Shown piece by piece: positions 1-9,779 of a stretch of DNA of 27,754 nucleotides. Source of the stretch: a candidate division FCPU426 bacterium (GTDB lineage: Bacteria; Oederibacteriota; JAAXVQ01; JAUVAV01); contig DAOWGI010000117.1 of NCBI GenBank assembly GCA_030637655.1, positions 1-27,754 of the forward strand. Direction: 5' to 3'. The first letter of the stretch is position 1. The number at the start of each line of letters is the position of its first letter. Under the pieces are notes generated by a model. It searched no databases. It had not been told where the DNA came from and saw nothing but the letters and a program-made list of their open reading frames with translations. The translations under genes and the position numbers were made by a program.

Positions 1-45
1 GCCTTCTGCTCGTTGAATGACCTGGATTTTGGTAATATATCCCAT
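1..45 (-). CDS. N-terminus of a small protein (MGYITKIQVIQRAEG...), truncated by the window edge; resembles small AbrB-like ORFs that precede some IS transposases
   Basis: Minus-strand ATG at 45 with AGGAGG RBS at 56-51; frame open to the edge. Family resemblance is from recollection of 15 residues only. Confidence 0.55.
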   Translation of the reverse strand, partial: MGYITKIQVIQRAEG

Positions 46-76
46 CGTTACCTCCTGCATTGTTGATGGGATATAT
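35..76. repeat. Perfect 12-bp inverted repeat covering the start codon of the left-edge ORF
   Basis: ATATATCCCATC (35-46) and GATGGGATATAT (65-76); the 18-nt loop contains the RBS. Confidence 0.85.
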
Positions 77-167
77 CTTATCATAGCCAGTAGACTAGTT
101 TAAGGAATTTTTGGATAATTATTTCACAGCTTCTAACTGATGGCTTACCAATAAACCATGTTTTTCC

Positions 168-197
168 TTGCAGCGAAGTCCGGGTGGCATGTATAAT
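168..197 (+). promoter_or_regulatory. Putative sigma70 promoter for accA
   Basis: TTGCAG (168-173), 18-nt spacer, TATAAT (192-197). Confidence 0.55.
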
Positions 198-264
198 TCA
201 AAGTCCTGCCCACCCCACCAATTGGGGGCGGGTTAATCAATATATTTAAGGAGTGTAGTGTGCA

Positions 265-1329
265 ATGGCGCAAGCAGGCGGATTGGATTTTGAAAAATCC
301 TTGGTTGAGTTGGAGAAGAAAATCGAGGAAATAAAGAATTTCACGGATGGCCGGCAGATGGATATGCAGGAGGAAATTCAGCAGCTGGAAGAAAAGGCGC
401 AGGAACTCCGTGAGGGAATTTATGACAATTTAACTCCCTGGCAGATAGTGCAAATTAGCCGTCATTTAAAGCGTCCACATACCTTGGATTATATTCACGG
501 GATGTTTGCTGACTTTATGGAAATGCATGGTGACCGGGCATTTATTGATGATCGTGCTATGGTGGGTGGTGTGGCTTGGTTGGATGATAAACCGGTTATG
601 GTACTTGGAACACAGAAGGGAAAAGATACCAAAGAAAATATTGTATGTAATTTCGGGTTGCCCTTGCCTGAGGGATATCGTAAAGCGCTGCGTTTGATGA
701 AGTTCGCTGAAAAATTTAATATGCCGGTTGTGACTTTGGTGGATACAGCAGGTGCCTATCCGGGGTTGGAAGGTGAAGAGCGCGGCGTGGCGGAAGCCAT
801 TGCGCGAAATTTAAGAGAGATGGCGTATCTGGATGTGCCGATTGTCGTAGTCATTATCGGAGAAGGCGGCAGCGGTGGCGCGTTAGGCATCGGTGTCGGT
901 GACCGTGTGCTTATGCTTTCCAATGCTTCCTATACTGTGATCACACCCGAAGGTTGCGCCGCCATCTTGTGGAAGGATCGTGCGCAAGCTGCTCGGGCCT
1001 CGGAAATTTTAAAGATAACTGCTCCGGATTTAAAACGCTTGGGAGTTATAGATGACATTATACCCGAACCGGAGGGTGGGGCACATCATGATCCGCAGGT
1101 AGTTATTGAACAGGTAAAAACTTTTTTGCAGAAACATCTGGCGGAATTATCGAAGAAAACCGTAAATCAATTGCATGAAGATCGTTATCGAAAATATCGC
1201 AGCATCGGCTTTTTTACAGATGTGATACCCCAAACCGCTGAAGACGAGGAGCGCCTGGTGGAAAAACCGGCGACCGGGAAAAAGACGGTGAAGAAGAAAA
1301 AAACCTCCGAATCCAATGATGTTCAATAA
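265..1329 (+). CDS. accA: Acetyl-CoA carboxylase carboxyltransferase alpha subunit
   Basis: LDFEK start, HGDR, PEGYRKALR, DTAGAYPG, GEGGSGGALG and PEGCAAILWKD motifs; AAGGAG RBS. Confidence 0.97.
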   Translation: MAQAGGLDFEKSLVELEKKIEEIKNFTDGRQMDMQEEIQQLEEKAQELREGIYDNLTPWQIVQISRHLKRPHTLDYIHGMFADFMEMHGDRAFIDDRAMVGGVAWLDDKPVMVLGTQKGKDTKENIVCNFGLPLPEGYRKALRLMKFAEKFNMPVVTLVDTAGAYPGLEGEERGVAEAIARNLREMAYLDVPIVVVIIGEGGSGGALGIGVGDRVLMLSNASYTVITPEGCAAILWKDRAQAARASEILKITAPDLKRLGVIDDIIPEPEGGAHHDPQVVIEQVKTFLQKHLAELSKKTVNQLHEDRYRKYRSIGFFTDVIPQTAEDEERLVEKPATGKKTVKKKKTSESNDVQ

Positions 1330-2146
1330 AAAAGTCTTAGTTCTCAACAGTTCGGAGCGGAAAAAATATTTGCGCCATACTCTGCCGGCAGTGCTGGCTT
1401 TCCTGATGTGCCTATGGTCCCCGGCCGGCGTTGTCGCTCAAGAGGAAGAAGAGGTCCTGCCAACGCTTGAAATAACTTTGCCGGCTGCGCCTACTCCGGT
1501 GCCGGTGCCGGTCGTGGTCATTGATCCGGGACACGGAGGCAAAAATACCGGTATGTCTGTACCGGAACATGTTGTTGAAAAAGAATATGTGTTGGAATTG
1601 GCGCGGGAACTAAAAAAGGCCTTACAAAGTAAGGCTCGGGTTGCTGTCTTTTTAACTAGAAAACGCGATATTCCGGTATCGGTTTTAGAACGGACAACTT
1701 TGGCAAATCGTAAAGCAGCCGATGTATTTGTGAGTTTGCATTTATCAGATGATTCCCGGATGTATTTATATATTAATCACCATGTGGATGAGAAAAACGT
1801 CGCTCAGTTGTATGCTGATGAAATAGAGAAAAACGCGTATATCGTGCCCTGGGATTTGGCGCAAAATGAACAACGGAAAAAGAGTAAACAATTGGGGAAA
1901 ATCATTTCCAAAACATGGAATGAATATACTTCATCTGTAAAAACAAAGGGGCAGGAGGCGCGTGTGGAATTGGTTACAGCACCGATTGCGGTTTTGACTG
2001 GAATTCGTGCGGCTGCTTTGTTGCTGGAAGTACCGTTGCCGAAAAAAAAAGCCGATGAGACAATGGAAACCGCCGGGGAAGCAGCCAAACAAGAGGTGGC
2101 CCGAAATCTGGCTCGCGGTATTCTGCGGTATTTGGCAGGGCGGTGA
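1316..2146 (+). CDS. N-acetylmuramoyl-L-alanine amidase (Amidase_3 family), secreted; real start may be TTG 1370
   Basis: IDPGHGG, EKEYVL, LTR..D, R...AN..ADVFVSLH and LLEV motifs; signal-peptide-like segment ending VVA. Confidence 0.85.
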   Translation: MMFNKKVLVLNSSERKKYLRHTLPAVLAFLMCLWSPAGVVAQEEEEVLPTLEITLPAAPTPVPVPVVVIDPGHGGKNTGMSVPEHVVEKEYVLELARELKKALQSKARVAVFLTRKRDIPVSVLERTTLANRKAADVFVSLHLSDDSRMYLYINHHVDEKNVAQLYADEIEKNAYIVPWDLAQNEQRKKSKQLGKIISKTWNEYTSSVKTKGQEARVELVTAPIAVLTGIRAAALLLEVPLPKKKADETMETAGEAAKQEVARNLARGILRYLAGR

Positions 2147-2715
2147 AACGTATGAGTAAACAGAACATGGAACGATGGTTGCCGTGGATCGGCGGAGGCA
2201 TCGGCATGTTACTTTTACTGGCCGGACTGCTTTTTTTGTTCGGCGGTCCCTGGCCGGCAAAAAAATACGACGGTATTGATATTCCGTCGGGTCAGGCCTT
2301 AACGATAAAAATATTCTTTCTGAATAGCGAAACGAACAAAGAGGAAATCGAGGAGTTTCAGGTACACAAAGAGGCGCACTTGCGTCAGCAACTATTGCAG
2401 ATCATTGAACGCATGGCCAGACAGCCGGAAACGAAAAAAATACGAACTCTATGGCCCTTAACGCTGAAAGTGAGAAGCGCGTATCTCAGAAAAAACGGGT
2501 TTCTGATTCTTGACTTTGAAAAAGGTGTCCAGTATAATCAGTCTAATAGTGCTTTTCATGAATTGGCGGCAATTTATTCAATAGTTCGAACAATAACTGC
2601 TAATTTTACCCAAGTCAAACAGGTGAAATTTTTAATTGGAGGGCAGGAAGCCGAAACGCTGGCTGGTCATATTGATATATCCCGGCCTTTGCAATTATCA
2701 GATCTCAAGTGGTGA
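2143..2715 (+). CDS. GerMN-domain membrane-anchored protein
   Basis: N-terminal TM helix; C-terminal E..AIYSIVRTI..NF.QVKQVKFLIGG.EAETLAGHIDISRP signature; GTGA overlap with amidase, a common pairing. Confidence 0.88.
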   Translation: MKRMSKQNMERWLPWIGGGIGMLLLLAGLLFLFGGPWPAKKYDGIDIPSGQALTIKIFFLNSETNKEEIEEFQVHKEAHLRQQLLQIIERMARQPETKKIRTLWPLTLKVRSAYLRKNGFLILDFEKGVQYNQSNSAFHELAAIYSIVRTITANFTQVKQVKFLIGGQEAETLAGHIDISRPLQLSDLKW

Positions 2716-2753
2716 TGAATATTTTAAAGTGGAATTGATGTTGGAGGATATCC

Positions 2754-3242
2754 ATGGACAACCAAGCAGCGAATACTACAATAATCAATTCTTCTCCCAA
2801 GGATAACGTGAAGCGTAATGACGGGTGTTTTATGGGAATGGCAATTGTTGCTATTCTGATTTTAGCACTAATTGGGGTTCTGGCATTGGTGATTTACTTA
2901 CGGCCGGCAAGTCTATTGCGTTATGGTATTATCGCTAATCTGAATACCTTTGAACAACGGCTGGAGCAGGAACGCACCTTAACCAACGAACAATATGAAG
3001 AACTTAAAATATATGTCAATTCCTTGAAAAAATATATGGTGCAAAGTGATCTGGACAAGACTGTCGTGATGCGGATTGGCCCGGTAAGCGAAGTATTTAA
3101 AGCAGCATTAAAAGATGGGAAAATTGGCAGAACGGAAATTGCGGCAATTCGTTCGGCTATTTGGAAATCCAATATTCCTTTGGATGTGCCGCCGGTGAAA
3201 CCCAAAGTTGCTCCTGCCACCAAGGATACCCAAGTGCAGTAG
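2754..3242 (+). CDS. Hypothetical single-pass membrane protein
   Basis: GGAGG RBS; K/R..GC followed by about 23 hydrophobic residues, then a helical soluble domain. Confidence 0.75.
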   Translation: MDNQAANTTIINSSPKDNVKRNDGCFMGMAIVAILILALIGVLALVIYLRPASLLRYGIIANLNTFEQRLEQERTLTNEQYEELKIYVNSLKKYMVQSDLDKTVVMRIGPVSEVFKAALKDGKIGRTEIAAIRSAIWKSNIPLDVPPVKPKVAPATKDTQVQ

Positions 3243-3253
3243 CGGTGAGTAGA

Positions 3254-3328
<75 letters not shown>

Positions 3329-3362
3329 GTTTATTAAAATTTCTTATGGATGGAAGTGAGAA

Positions 3363-3875
3363 ATGATTAAAAGTAAATATGCAATACTTCTGTTTGTTGC
3401 TTTTCTAGCCTGCGTTTGGATGCTGTGGCAACCTCTGGAATGCCAGGCCAAACGTAAAACTTCCCGCAATTCAACCACAACCTCACCGGTCTCCAAACCT
3501 AAAGAATGGGGTTTTGGCTTGATTATCGGTGATCCTACAGGTGTGACAGCTAAATACTGGCAGAATAAGAATGTTGCCTATGAATTTGCTTTGGGTTCAC
3601 AGTTGGCCCGGGCTGGAATTGGTGTGCATGCGGATTATCTCTATCATTTATACATTTTTGCGGATCAGCCTCAGGCTCCGATTTATCTTGGAGGCGGGAT
3701 TTTTTTAGGTGGTTCTGCGGATACAATTTCCGGCGGAGGACGAGGCGTAGCGGGGTGGAGCTATCTTTTTGATGAACCTTTTGAGATTTTTATGCAATTG
3801 TCACCGAGTTGCGCATTGTTACCCGAAATCGATTTTTTCTTTTCTTTTTCTATTGGCGCACGCTTATATATCTAG
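3363..3875 (+). CDS. Putative small outer-membrane beta-barrel protein (DUF3996-like)
   Basis: Signal peptide; GFGLIIGDPTGVTAKYW; alternating aromatic/Gly beta-strands; C-terminal GARLYI resembles a beta-signal. Confidence 0.65.
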   Translation: MIKSKYAILLFVAFLACVWMLWQPLECQAKRKTSRNSTTTSPVSKPKEWGFGLIIGDPTGVTAKYWQNKNVAYEFALGSQLARAGIGVHADYLYHLYIFADQPQAPIYLGGGIFLGGSADTISGGGRGVAGWSYLFDEPFEIFMQLSPSCALLPEIDFFFSFSIGARLYI

Positions 3876-3927
3876 GTGGCAGGGCTTGGCACCAAAGCAG
3901 TATTTTTGTAAAAATGCAGAAAAATTG

Positions 3928-3956
3928 TTGACATTGAAATTGAAATTATATATTTT
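3928..3956 (+). promoter_or_regulatory. Sigma70 promoter for the polyamine cluster
   Basis: TTGACA (3928-3933), 17-nt spacer, TATTTT (3951-3956). Confidence 0.65.
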
Positions 3957-3995
3957 AACTAGTCTTTAAATTTACAGAGGGGGGGTGAGATTTAG

Positions 3996-4376
3996 TTGAA
4001 AGCTCTAGGTCGACATATCCTGCTGGAGCTTCACGGCTGCGACAGCGAAATTCTGAAAAGCCCGGATCAGATTGAACAGATAATGGAAGGGGCTGCACTT
4101 GCCGCGAAGGCGACAATTGTAAAATCCGTTTTTCACCACTTTAATCCGTATGGGGTAAGTGGAGTAGTAGTAATTGCGGAATCTCACCTTTCGATACATA
4201 CTTGGCCGGAATACGGCTATGCGGCGCTGGATTTTTTCACCTGCGGTGACGAGGTGGATCCGTGGATCGCACATCATTATGTGGCGGAAAAACTCAAAGC
4301 GCAAAGCAAAAGTTCGATTGAAATGAAACGTGGAGTATTTGATGTTTCGGAATTAAAACATAAAGTCGTTGCATAA
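3996..4376 (+). CDS. speD: S-adenosylmethionine decarboxylase proenzyme (class 1B, pyruvoyl), TTG start
   Basis: [47 protein letters not shown] autocleavage site. Confidence 0.95.
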   Translation: MKALGRHILLELHGCDSEILKSPDQIEQIMEGAALAAKATIVKSVFHHFNPYGVSGVVVIAESHLSIHTWPEYGYAALDFFTCGDEVDPWIAHHYVAEKLKAQSKSSIEMKRGVFDVSELKHKVVA

Positions 4377-4412
4377 TGTTTTTGAAAATTGTACGGTTGA
4401 CATTTTCACTAA

Positions 4413-4463
4413 GAATGCAGAACTCAACGAAGGTTCCCGTTAGGTTCTGCATTCCCTTTTTTT
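4413..4463 (+). terminator. Intrinsic terminator-like hairpin between speD and speE
   Basis: GAATGCAGAAC/GTTCTGCATTC 11-bp stem plus inner AACG/CGTT stem, followed by CC and a T-run. Confidence 0.6.
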
Positions 4464-4476
4464 AGAGGTAGTAGTT

Positions 4477-5394
4477 ATGGAAATTTATAAAGATCATTTA
4501 TTTGTTGAAATGTACTCTGAAAATGAGGGGCATTTGCATGGTTTTAAGCAGGTGCTGGTCGCAGGGAGTACGGATTTTCAGCAAGTGGAAATTGTGGATA
4601 CCCATGAATACGGACGTTGCTTGCTGTTGGATGGAAAAATGCAATCATCCCAAGCTGATGAATACATCTATCACGAATTTTTAGTGCAGCCGGCTTTGTT
4701 TATGCATCCCAACCCCAAACGAGTGCTTATTATTGGCGGGGGAGAAGGCGCTACTCTCAGAGAAGTGCTGCGACATCCCCAAGTAGAACAGGTGGAAATG
4801 CTGGAAATTGATGCCAAGGTTTTGGATTTTGCCAAAAAGTACTTGTCTGAGTGGCATCAGGGAGCTTTTGCTGATCCGCGTACCCGCTTGATTGTCGGAG
4901 ACGGCAGGAAATATATTGAGAAATCGCAAACACAGTATGATGTGATTATTATTGATGTCTCGGATCCGGGAAGTGAAGGGCCGGCCTATTTATTATACAC
5001 TCGGCAATTTTATCAATCGATAGCGCGGCGGTTAAATCCGCAGGGAATTATTTCACTACAAGCCGGTTCCAGCAGTGTGGTGTACGGTGAAATTATGGCT
5101 TCCATCTATCAAACCTTAAAGCGGATTTTTCCGGTGGTATGCGGATTTGAAGCCAGTATTCCGTCATTTGATTTACCTTGGGGATTTTGTGTTGCCACTT
5201 TCGGAATAAATCCCAAGACATTGACTGCAGCAGCCATTGACGAGCAAATCAACCAACGCGGGGTGAGTGGTTTGCGCGCCTATGATGGAGAAACTCATGA
5301 GGGGCTTTTTAGGATTACCAAAGCCTTGCGTGAGGTTTTAGATACTCAAGGCCGGGTCATTGAGGACAAACGACCCATTTATACACCTTTGTAA
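4477..5394 (+). CDS. speE: Polyamine aminopropyltransferase (SpeE family, GGGEG subtype)
   Basis: LDGKMQS..DEYIYHE, VLIIGGGEGATLREVL, EID and YDVIIID.SDP motifs. Confidence 0.93.
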   Translation: MEIYKDHLFVEMYSENEGHLHGFKQVLVAGSTDFQQVEIVDTHEYGRCLLLDGKMQSSQADEYIYHEFLVQPALFMHPNPKRVLIIGGGEGATLREVLRHPQVEQVEMLEIDAKVLDFAKKYLSEWHQGAFADPRTRLIVGDGRKYIEKSQTQYDVIIIDVSDPGSEGPAYLLYTRQFYQSIARRLNPQGIISLQAGSSSVVYGEIMASIYQTLKRIFPVVCGFEASIPSFDLPWGFCVATFGINPKTLTAAAIDEQINQRGVSGLRAYDGETHEGLFRITKALREVLDTQGRVIEDKRPIYTPL

Positions 5395-5410
5395 AAGGAT
5401 ATTAACCGTA

Positions 5411-5470
5411 GTAGGGGCATAGTGCTTGTCGCGGCGAAGCTGGAAACGAAGACGGATACGGTGTCCTTGC
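5411..5470 (+). repeat. Degenerate GTAG-REP palindrome with a 32-nt central insertion
   Basis: GTAGGGGCATAGTG[CTTGTCGCGGCGAAGCTGGAAACGAAGACGGA]TACGGTGTCCTTGC. Confidence 0.6.
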
Positions 5471-5496
5471 GATGTGTTAAGAAAGGAGCGGAGACA

Positions 5497-7041
5497 ATGT
5501 CAGGAGAATTCAGTGAGCAACGTGTGACTCCGCTATTTGAAGCTATTATCGATTATGCCAAAGGAAAAAAAATATCGTTTCACACTCCTGGGCATAAACA
5601 TGGTGTATCGATACCGCAAGAGTTTCGTAATTTTGTTGGTGAAAAAATATTTGATTGTGATCTCACCCTGCTGGAAGAGGTGGATTCTTGGCATGATCCG
5701 CAGGGTGTTATAAAAGAAGCGCAAAAATTAGCCGCGCAAGCTTACGGCGCAGATTATGCATATTTCCTAGTCAATGGATCTTCCGGTGGCAATCATGCCA
5801 TGATTTTAACGGTCTGTGATCCGGGTGAAAAAATAATTATTCCGAGGAATGCGCATCGTAGTGTTTTGGCGGGTATCGTACTATCCGGAACAATACCGGT
5901 ATATGTGATGCCGGAACGGGACGATAGTAAAAATATGTTACTGAATGTGACTCCGGAAGCCATTGCCCGGACCATTGCCGAACATCCGGATGCCAAGGCC
6001 GTATTGGTCACGCATCCCACCTATGAGGGCATTGGCACAAATTTGTCGGCAATTGCGCAGCTAGTGCACGATGCCGGTATGTATTTTCTGGTTGATGAAG
6101 CACATGGTCCGCATTTAAATTTTCATCCGGATCTGCCGATAACTGCCATGGAGTGCGGTGCGGATATATGCATTCAAAGTACGCATAAAATTATTAGTTC
6201 ACTTACCCAGACATCCATGCTATTGGCACGGCGGACAGTGGATGTATTAAAATTAAAACGTATACTTGGCTTGCTGGTAACTACCAGTCCTTCATATGTG
6301 TTATTGGCATCCCTGGATTTGGCGAGGATGCAGATGGCCACCCGAGGGCGTGAACTGCTTTCCGTGGCCATGATGTTGGCCGAAGATGCCAGACACAAAA
6401 TCAGCGCTATTCCGGGGTTGATGTGTTTTGGGAAAGAGATTCTATCACAGCCGGGCGCATATCAATTGGATGTAACGAAATTATGCGTTCATGTGAATGG
6501 ATTGGGCTTTACCGGATACCAGGTGGCCCGGAGGTTGAACGAAAAATTTAAAATTCAGGTTGAATATTCCGATCTGGACAAAATATTATTAATAGTTTCG
6601 ATTGGGAACACTGAAAGGGATATACGACGGCTGCTGACGGCTTTGGAAGCCATCTCGCGAAGCGCGAAACAGGAAAAAATCGCGATTGAATTCCATCTGC
6701 GCTTTCCGGATGAATTTCCCAAAGTGGTGATGTCTCCGCGTGAGGCTGTGTTCTCACCAACTAAAAAAGTGTCACTGGGCGAGGCGGTCAATAAAATAAG
6801 CGCTGAAGTTTTTTCTCCTTATCCACCGGGTATTCCTTTGTTAAATCCCGGGGAACGGATATCGGCTGAAATACTTGAGTATTTACAAGAATTGCAGCAA
6901 CGTGGCGGGCGGGTGCAGGGTCAATCTGATCCGGAATTGCGCACTATCAAAATAGTTGATGCCGAGCTTGGAAAAGACAGTAAGTGGTCGCGGCGCCAGG
7001 CCGGACAAAAGAAAAACGCAGTTTTTACGGGATCGAAGTAA
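5497..7041 (+). CDS. speA: PLP-dependent Arg/Lys/Orn decarboxylase (fold type I, Bacillus SpeA-like), likely arginine decarboxylase
   Basis: FHTPGHK, LVNGSS, RNAHRS, VDEAHG, QSTHK (PLP Lys), TSPSY and PYPPGIP motifs; AAAGGAG RBS favours ATG 5497. Substrate is inferred from context only. Confidence 0.85.
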   Translation: MSGEFSEQRVTPLFEAIIDYAKGKKISFHTPGHKHGVSIPQEFRNFVGEKIFDCDLTLLEEVDSWHDPQGVIKEAQKLAAQAYGADYAYFLVNGSSGGNHAMILTVCDPGEKIIIPRNAHRSVLAGIVLSGTIPVYVMPERDDSKNMLLNVTPEAIARTIAEHPDAKAVLVTHPTYEGIGTNLSAIAQLVHDAGMYFLVDEAHGPHLNFHPDLPITAMECGADICIQSTHKIISSLTQTSMLLARRTVDVLKLKRILGLLVTTSPSYVLLASLDLARMQMATRGRELLSVAMMLAEDARHKISAIPGLMCFGKEILSQPGAYQLDVTKLCVHVNGLGFTGYQVARRLNEKFKIQVEYSDLDKILLIVSIGNTERDIRRLLTALEAISRSAKQEKIAIEFHLRFPDEFPKVVMSPREAVFSPTKKVSLGEAVNKISAEVFSPYPPGIPLLNPGERISAEILEYLQELQQRGGRVQGQSDPELRTIKIVDAELGKDSKWSRRQAGQKKNAVFTGSK

Positions 7042-7074
7042 AAATAAAAAAGTAATAGAAAGGTGGTGCCGGCA

Positions 7075-7434
7075 ATGAGAAAAACTCAAATCGAAAGTTT
7101 TAAGAAAATGCTGCTAGCTCAAAAAGCGACACTCTTGGAAAAGGTAAAAAATAGTGTGGATATGAACAAAGAGAGTTCTTCGGATGAAGTTCGTGATACT
7201 GCGGATTTTGCCTCTGATTATTACGAACGTGAACTGGCCATGGGACTTTCTGAAACTGAACGTGTCCGCTTGCAGGAAGTGGAGGATGCTTTGGAACGGA
7301 TTGATAAAGGTAAATATGGCAAGTGTGAAGAATGCGGGTCTCAAATTGCTCCGCAACGTTTGGAAGCCTTGCCGTTTGCCAAATTGTGCATTGAGTGCAA
7401 AGCCAAAGAGGAGAAAAACGGAACTAGTATGTAA
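7075..7434 (+). CDS. dksA: DksA/TraR C4-type zinc-finger protein
   Basis: Coiled coil with DTADFA (DxxDxA), YGKCEECG..I...RLEALP.A.LCIEC; RBS favours ATG 7075. Confidence 0.9.
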   Translation: MRKTQIESFKKMLLAQKATLLEKVKNSVDMNKESSSDEVRDTADFASDYYERELAMGLSETERVRLQEVEDALERIDKGKYGKCEECGSQIAPQRLEALPFAKLCIECKAKEEKNGTSM

Positions 7435-7493
7435 AAATCCGGAATTACCATACTCAGGTTTGGGCGATACCCTTAAATGTGGGAGAATTTCGT

Positions 7494-8465
7494 ATGTTAA
7501 ACGTATTGTGTTACAACAAAGAAATAGGATTAAAAAAAATAGCCACTCCAAAGAGTGTTGTCCGCTATTTAAAGAACCAACGCAATCTCTTGTGGTTGGA
7601 TATCACTAATCCTTCGGAAGACGATATTGATTTAATGGTGGATACTTTCAAATTCCATCAACTTGCGATTGAGGATGCGATTTTTCCCCAGAACCAACCT
7701 AAAATTGATGATTATGAAGACTATCTGTTTATTGTGGTGCATGAATTGAATTATCCTTCACGTCAAGCCGGGGATGTGAAAAGTCAGGAATTGAATATAT
7801 TTGTCGGTAAAAATTTTGTGCTGACCATTCATAACGATCCCTTGCCCTCGATCTCAAAGCTCTTTCAACGCGCACAAACCAAACCATCCTATATGCAGCA
7901 GGGTGCGGGATTTTTACTCCATGCTATTATTGATAATGTTGTGGATAATTATTTTCCAGTGGTGGATCAGTTGGAAAACCGCATTGAGGAATTGGAAGAT
8001 CAGGTGTTGGCCGGCGCTGACCAGACGGTTTTGGAGAAAATTGTCGATTTGAAGAAAAATGTTTTAACCATACGCAATTTTATTGTTCCGCAAAGAAAAA
8101 TACTGGGCAGACTCTGTAGGGCGAATACATTGTTTATCAAACGAGCGACTTCAGCTTATTTTCGTGATGTTTACGATCACGTGGTGCGTGTTAGTGAAAT
8201 GCTGGACACGTACCGTGATGTCCTGAATTCCACGATGGATGCCTATCTCTCCGTGGTTTCGCAACGAATGAACGAGATTATAAAAACCCTGACCATTATC
8301 ACGACCATTATGATGCCACTGACCGTGATTACCAGTTTTTACGGAATGAATGTAAAAATGCCCGAATTTGCCTGGGGTATGAAGGGGTATTTATTTGTTT
8401 TGGGGCTGATGCTGCTTGCTTTTTTGGGCATGTTTATCTTTCTGAAACGTAAAAAGTGGATATAG
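7494..8465 (+). CDS. corA: Magnesium/cobalt transporter CorA
   Basis: WLDI, FHQLAIED, QPKIDDY, YFRDVYDH, MNEIIKTLT and YGMN-MPE motifs; two C-terminal TM helices. Confidence 0.95.
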   Translation: MLNVLCYNKEIGLKKIATPKSVVRYLKNQRNLLWLDITNPSEDDIDLMVDTFKFHQLAIEDAIFPQNQPKIDDYEDYLFIVVHELNYPSRQAGDVKSQELNIFVGKNFVLTIHNDPLPSISKLFQRAQTKPSYMQQGAGFLLHAIIDNVVDNYFPVVDQLENRIEELEDQVLAGADQTVLEKIVDLKKNVLTIRNFIVPQRKILGRLCRANTLFIKRATSAYFRDVYDHVVRVSEMLDTYRDVLNSTMDAYLSVVSQRMNEIIKTLTIITTIMMPLTVITSFYGMNVKMPEFAWGMKGYLFVLGLMLLAFLGMFIFLKRKKWI

Positions 8466-8524
8466 AATAATCGGGTTTCCAGCCTATATCACCATCCCGG
8501 CAAAATGGATGTCAATGGATTATT

Positions 8525-8552
8525 GTAGGGGCACGGCATGCCGTGCCCCTAC
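8525..8552. repeat. Perfect 28-bp GTAG-family REP palindrome
   Basis: GTAGGGGCACGGCATGCCGTGCCCCTAC is its own reverse complement. Confidence 0.9.
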
Positions 8553-8595
8553 GCCTAACGCAATAATTCAATAAGAAGGTGCAAAAATTGATTGA

Positions 8596-9666
<1,071 letters not shown>

Positions 9667-9690
9667 TCGAAATATTACCAAGAAGCAATA

Positions 9691-9724
9691 CGGCGGGAAT
9701 CGGAAAAAACTCCGGTTCCCGTTG
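9691..9724 (+). other. Stem-loop between gap and pgk (mRNA stability or weak terminator)
   Basis: CGGCGGGAATCGGA-AAAAAC-TCCGGTTCCCGTTG, G-U supported, no T-run. Confidence 0.5.
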
Positions 9725-9779
9725 AACGTTACTGGAAATATTACTGAAATTATGTTTGGACGTTTGGTGGGAGGCTGGG

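Noticed and set aside
3876-3995. SAM or other riboswitch upstream of speD
   Set aside because: The predicted promoter leaves only about 35 nt of leader and no aptamer consensus is visible.
5422-5496. N-terminal extension of the decarboxylase in the ORF track (similar extensions for gap, pgk, plsX, corA, fabD)
   Set aside because: The extensions translate intergenic or REP DNA; downstream starts have better RBSs and match family N-termini.
7114-7609. ORFs 7184..7609 (+) and 7114..7551 (-)
   Set aside because: They overlap dksA and corA in other frames and show no protein-like features.
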